From Rebecca billardiae RCC1528 (Eukaryota; Protista; Haptophyta): a DNA stretch of 64,000 nt. Under the pieces are notes generated by a model, which made no database searches, was not told the origin of the DNA, and worked only from the letters and a program-made list of their open reading frames with translations. Shown here one piece after another: positions 61,379 through 64,000 of this stretch; the first letter of the stretch is position 1; each line of letters opens with the position of its first letter. The stretch spans positions 1,302,001 to 1,366,000 of the forward strand of contig OZ251242.1 in the NCBI GenBank assembly GCA_965240325.2, in the 5' to 3' direction. The position numbers and the translations under genes are program-made.

Positions 61379-64000
61379 ATGCGCCCGGACTCGGCCGCCG
61401 CCGGCGAGCGCGAGCGCGTGCGCGCGCTCGCGGCGGCCATCTCGCGCGACGCGAACGGCTTTGTGGGCCGGCGCGTGGCGTGCAGCTTCTGGGTGCGCGA
61501 GGGCGGGTCCGAGATGTTCCCGGGCACCGTGATCGAGTCGCAGCCGCTGATCGACAAGGAGCCCTCGCGCAAGCACAAGCGCGAGGGCGCGCTGCTCGGC
61601 CCGCTGGCAATCCAGTGGCGGCTGCTCGTGCGCTTCGACGACGGCGAGGTGGCCTGGCGCGATCTGAGCGACATCACGCTGCTCGCCGAGGCCGACGCGC
61701 GCGGTGCCGCCGACGACGAGCCGAGCACCGCCGACGAGGTGACCCTCGCAGATGAGACGCTGCTGCTGCACCCGCCCGGCGGCAGCGCGGGGGCGGCGGC
61801 GGCGGCGGGCCGGAAGCGGCGGGACGCGGCGCTGTGCGCAGACCACCGCATCAGCCGGCTGCGCCGCCGCGCGAAGAAGCGCGCGCGCAGGCACGCGCTG
61901 CCACCGGGCGGCAGCAGCAGCAGCGGCGAGGAGGCGGAGGCGGAGGCGGAGGAGGAGGAGGGGGAGGGCGACGAGGCGGACGGGGCCGCGGACGCCGCCG
62001 AGCCCGCCGGTGCCAAAGCCGGCGCCACGGCCGCGCGCGCCTGCGAGAGCTCCGACGAGGCGATCGTGACGAAGCGCAGGCGGCCGCGCAAGCAGGGCGG
62101 GGGCGAGCGGCGCGGCGACCTGTTGCAGCACGGCGCGCTCGCTGGCTCGCAGCCGGGCGTGCGGCCGGCGGCGGCGGCAGCCAGCGTGCCCCCGCGCCCG
62201 CTCGCAGCAGCGCCGAGCACGCCGGCCGCGGCGGGCTCGGCCGCGGGTGCGCGTGCCGAGCGCACACCCCGGGAGGGCGCGGCCGTGCGCGCGCCCGACG
62301 GCGCGCGCCCGCGCTTGCCCACGCCCAACGCCGTCACCATCGACCTGACTGCGCCCGGCGAGGCGGAGGTGGAGGCGGGGGCGGAGGGCGGGCTTTTCGG
62401 CGGGGGGTCGGATGACGACGACGGGGAGACGGAGGCGACGGCAGAGGCGGCAGCGGCGGCGGCGGCGGCAGCGGCGGGGCAGCAGCCGGAAGCGGCGAGG
62501 CTGGCGGCCACACACGCGCTCGCCGGCGCGGTGCGCGGCGCGCACGGCGCGCGCAGCAGCAGCCACAGCAGCGCCAGCGGGCACAGCAGCCTCAAGTCGG
62601 GCGCGGCTGGGCCGACACTCGACCCGCCGGGCGCTAACCCTAACCCTAACCCCAACCCTAACCCGCATGGCGCGGACGACCGCGCGGACGAGGCGGAGGC
62701 CGGCGCCGCGCCGCAGCCGGCTGCGTGCCTGGCGCTAGGCCGCAGCGCCCGCGGCCAGGACGCGGCCGCGCGCGCCGAGCGGCACGCGGGCGCTGCAGAC
62801 GGGCCCAGCTCGACGCCGCCCGCCTCGCCCGCGCGCGCGGCCGTCTCGCCGCCGTCGCCGCTGTCGCCAGCGCCGCTGCATGATGAGGGCGACGACGGCG
62901 ACGACGGCGGCGAGGGCGGGCCCGGCGGCGCGCGCGCGGCGCCGTCGGCCGCGGCCGCGGCCGCGCCGCCGCGCGCGCCGCTGCCCGCGCCCCGTCCCGC
63001 GCGCGCGCGCCGCTCGGCGCTCCACCGCGCGCGCCGGCTGGCGAGGCTTGTGGAAGCGTCGGTGGGCGCGCGCGCTCGGGTGTTGCTGCGCGCCGCCGGC
63101 ACGGCTCAGCAGCCGGCGCCGCCTGACGCGGACGCGGACGCGGGCGCGGACGCGGACGCTGGCGGCGTCGGCGCGCGAGGCACGATTGTGGGCGCGCGTG
63201 TGCGCGTGTGCGCTGACGCTCTGGTGCGCACGGACGACGGCCGGCTGCTGTGGGCGCGGCTCGGGGGGCGGCAGGGCGCGGCGCGCTGGGGGCGCGCTCG
63301 CGCGGAGGGCGCGCCGCCGCCCTCGCCGCCGCCGCCGCCTCGGCCATGCGGGCTCGCCAACGCCACAGGCGCCGCGTGCTTCGCCAACGCGCTGGTGCAG
63401 GCGTTGGCCGCGTGCCCGCCCGTGCGCGCGTGGGCGGCGGGCGGCGGCGGCGCGGCGGCGGCGGCGGCGGCGGCGGGCGCGGAGGGCGCGCGCGTGGAGG
63501 ATGCTGTGCGCGCGCAGCTCGCAATGCTGTGCGCCGCGCAGGAGGCGGCGGCCGCGCCGCCGCCCGCGCCCGCACACGCCGCCGCGCTCGCGGCCGCGCC
63601 CGCGGCCGCGCCCGGCGGCACGGGCGGCGGCGGCGCGCGCGCCACGCCCCTCCTCACGCCCACGCTCGCGCTCGAGGCGGCGCGCCGCGCCGGGCTCGAC
63701 CCGAGCGTCCAGCAGGATGCCGCCGAGCTGCTGCACCGCTGGCTCGCCTCGGAGCGCTCGCTCGGCGGCGCGTGCGCGTTTGCCCTGCGCCGCGTCGTCG
63801 CCAAGGGCCGGTGCGGTCGGTGCGGCGGCGCGCACCTGAGCAGCAGCAGCCTCGAGCTGCGCACGTGCGGCCCGGACCCGCTGCAGGTGGCGGACGCGCG
63901 GCAGCGCTGCGTGGGCAGCGCGCTGCGCGCGATGCTCGGCTGCGCGTCGCAAGCGCAGCTCAGCCCGACGCCCGCCGCAGCCGCGCCGCCCGCGCCGAGC
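61379..64000 (+). CDS. Ubiquitin-specific protease (peptidase C19) with N-terminal Tudor-like domain(s); truncated at right edge, not in the ORF track
   Basis: Open frame from ATG 61379 to the window end. FVGRRVACSFW...FPGTVI...LVRFDDGEVAW (Tudor-like); Cys box CGLANATGAACFANALVQAL at ~63350 and QQDAAELL at ~63710, in the same frame. Confidence 0.8.
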   Translation, partial: MRPDSAAAGERERVRALAAAISRDANGFVGRRVACSFWVREGGSEMFPGTVIESQPLIDKEPSRKHKREGALLGPLAIQWRLLVRFDDGEVAWRDLSDITLLAEADARGAADDEPSTADEVTLADETLLLHPPGGSAGAAAAAGRKRRDAALCADHRISRLRRRAKKRARRHALPPGGSSSSGEEAEAEAEEEEGEGDEADGAADAAEPAGAKAGATAARACESSDEAIVTKRRRPRKQGGGERRGDLLQHGALAGSQPGVRPAAAAASVPPRPLAAAPSTPAAAGSAAGARAERTPREGAAVRAPDGARPRLPTPNAVTIDLTAPGEAEVEAGAEGGLFGGGSDDDDGETEATAEAAAAAAAAAAGQQPEAARLAATHALAGAVRGAHGARSSSHSSASGHSSLKSGAAGPTLDPPGANPNPNPNPNPHGADDRADEAEAGAAPQPAACLALGRSARGQDAAARAERHAGAADGPSSTPPASPARAAVSPPSPLSPAPLHDEGDDGDDGGEGGPGGARAAPSAAAAAAPPRAPLPAPRPARARRSALHRARRLARLVEASVGARARVLLRAAGTAQQPAPPDADADAGADADAGGVGARGTIVGARVRVCADALVRTDDGRLLWARLGGRQGAARWGRARAEGAPPPSPPPPPRPCGLANATGAACFANALVQALAACPPVRAWAAGGGGAAAAAAAAGAEGARVEDAVRAQLAMLCAAQEAAAAPPPAPAHAAALAAAPAAAPGGTGGGGARATPLLTPTLALEAARRAGLDPSVQQDAAELLHRWLASERSLGGACAFALRRVVAKGRCGRCGGAHLSSSSLELRTCGPDPLQVADARQRCVGSALRAMLGCASQAQLSPTPAAAAPPAPS
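62634..62664 (+). repeat. Interstitial telomere-like (CCCTAA)n, in frame as NPNPNPNPNP
   Basis: ctaaccctaaccctaaccccaaccctaaccc. Confidence 0.85.

Overview
Very GC-rich, intron-containing eukaryotic DNA. Intron style (GTGCGC.../GCGCGC... donors, ...CGCAG acceptors, frequent GC-AG introns) and gene families point to a haptophyte alga, probably Pavlovophyceae such as Diacronema (inference). Most long ORFs in the supplied track are GC-content or antisense artefacts. About 14 real genes are supported: an XK-family membrane domain fused to one-LRR-per-exon repeats (truncated at the left edge), an EF-hand protein, a TLC-like membrane protein, a plastid-targeted CPBP protease with EF-hands, a polyQ hypothetical protein, a PhyH-like 2OG-Fe(II) dioxygenase, a GT49 glycosyltransferase, bacterial-type 2,4-dienoyl-CoA reductase (FadH), a multi-TM + TIR protein, a HAD hydrolase, an alkyltransferase-like (ATL) fusion, EDC4/Ge-1, an F-box + RCC1 protein, and a Tudor-like + USP deubiquitinase (truncated at the right edge, absent from the ORF track). 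Two gene-poor blocks (about 3.2-17.3 kb and 44.8-52 kb) hold nested non-autonomous DNA transposons with readable TIRs and TSDs, palindrome-bearing tandem repeats, a large foldback and a scrambled methyltransferase pseudogene. The most striking feature is the XK-LRR gene. Each 28-aa LRR is its own 84-nt phase-2 exon inside a near-identical ~437-bp exon+intron tandem unit, and amino-acid variation clusters at the exposed LxxLxLxxN positions. This suggests a diversifiable LRR sensor coupled to a scramblase-like effector.
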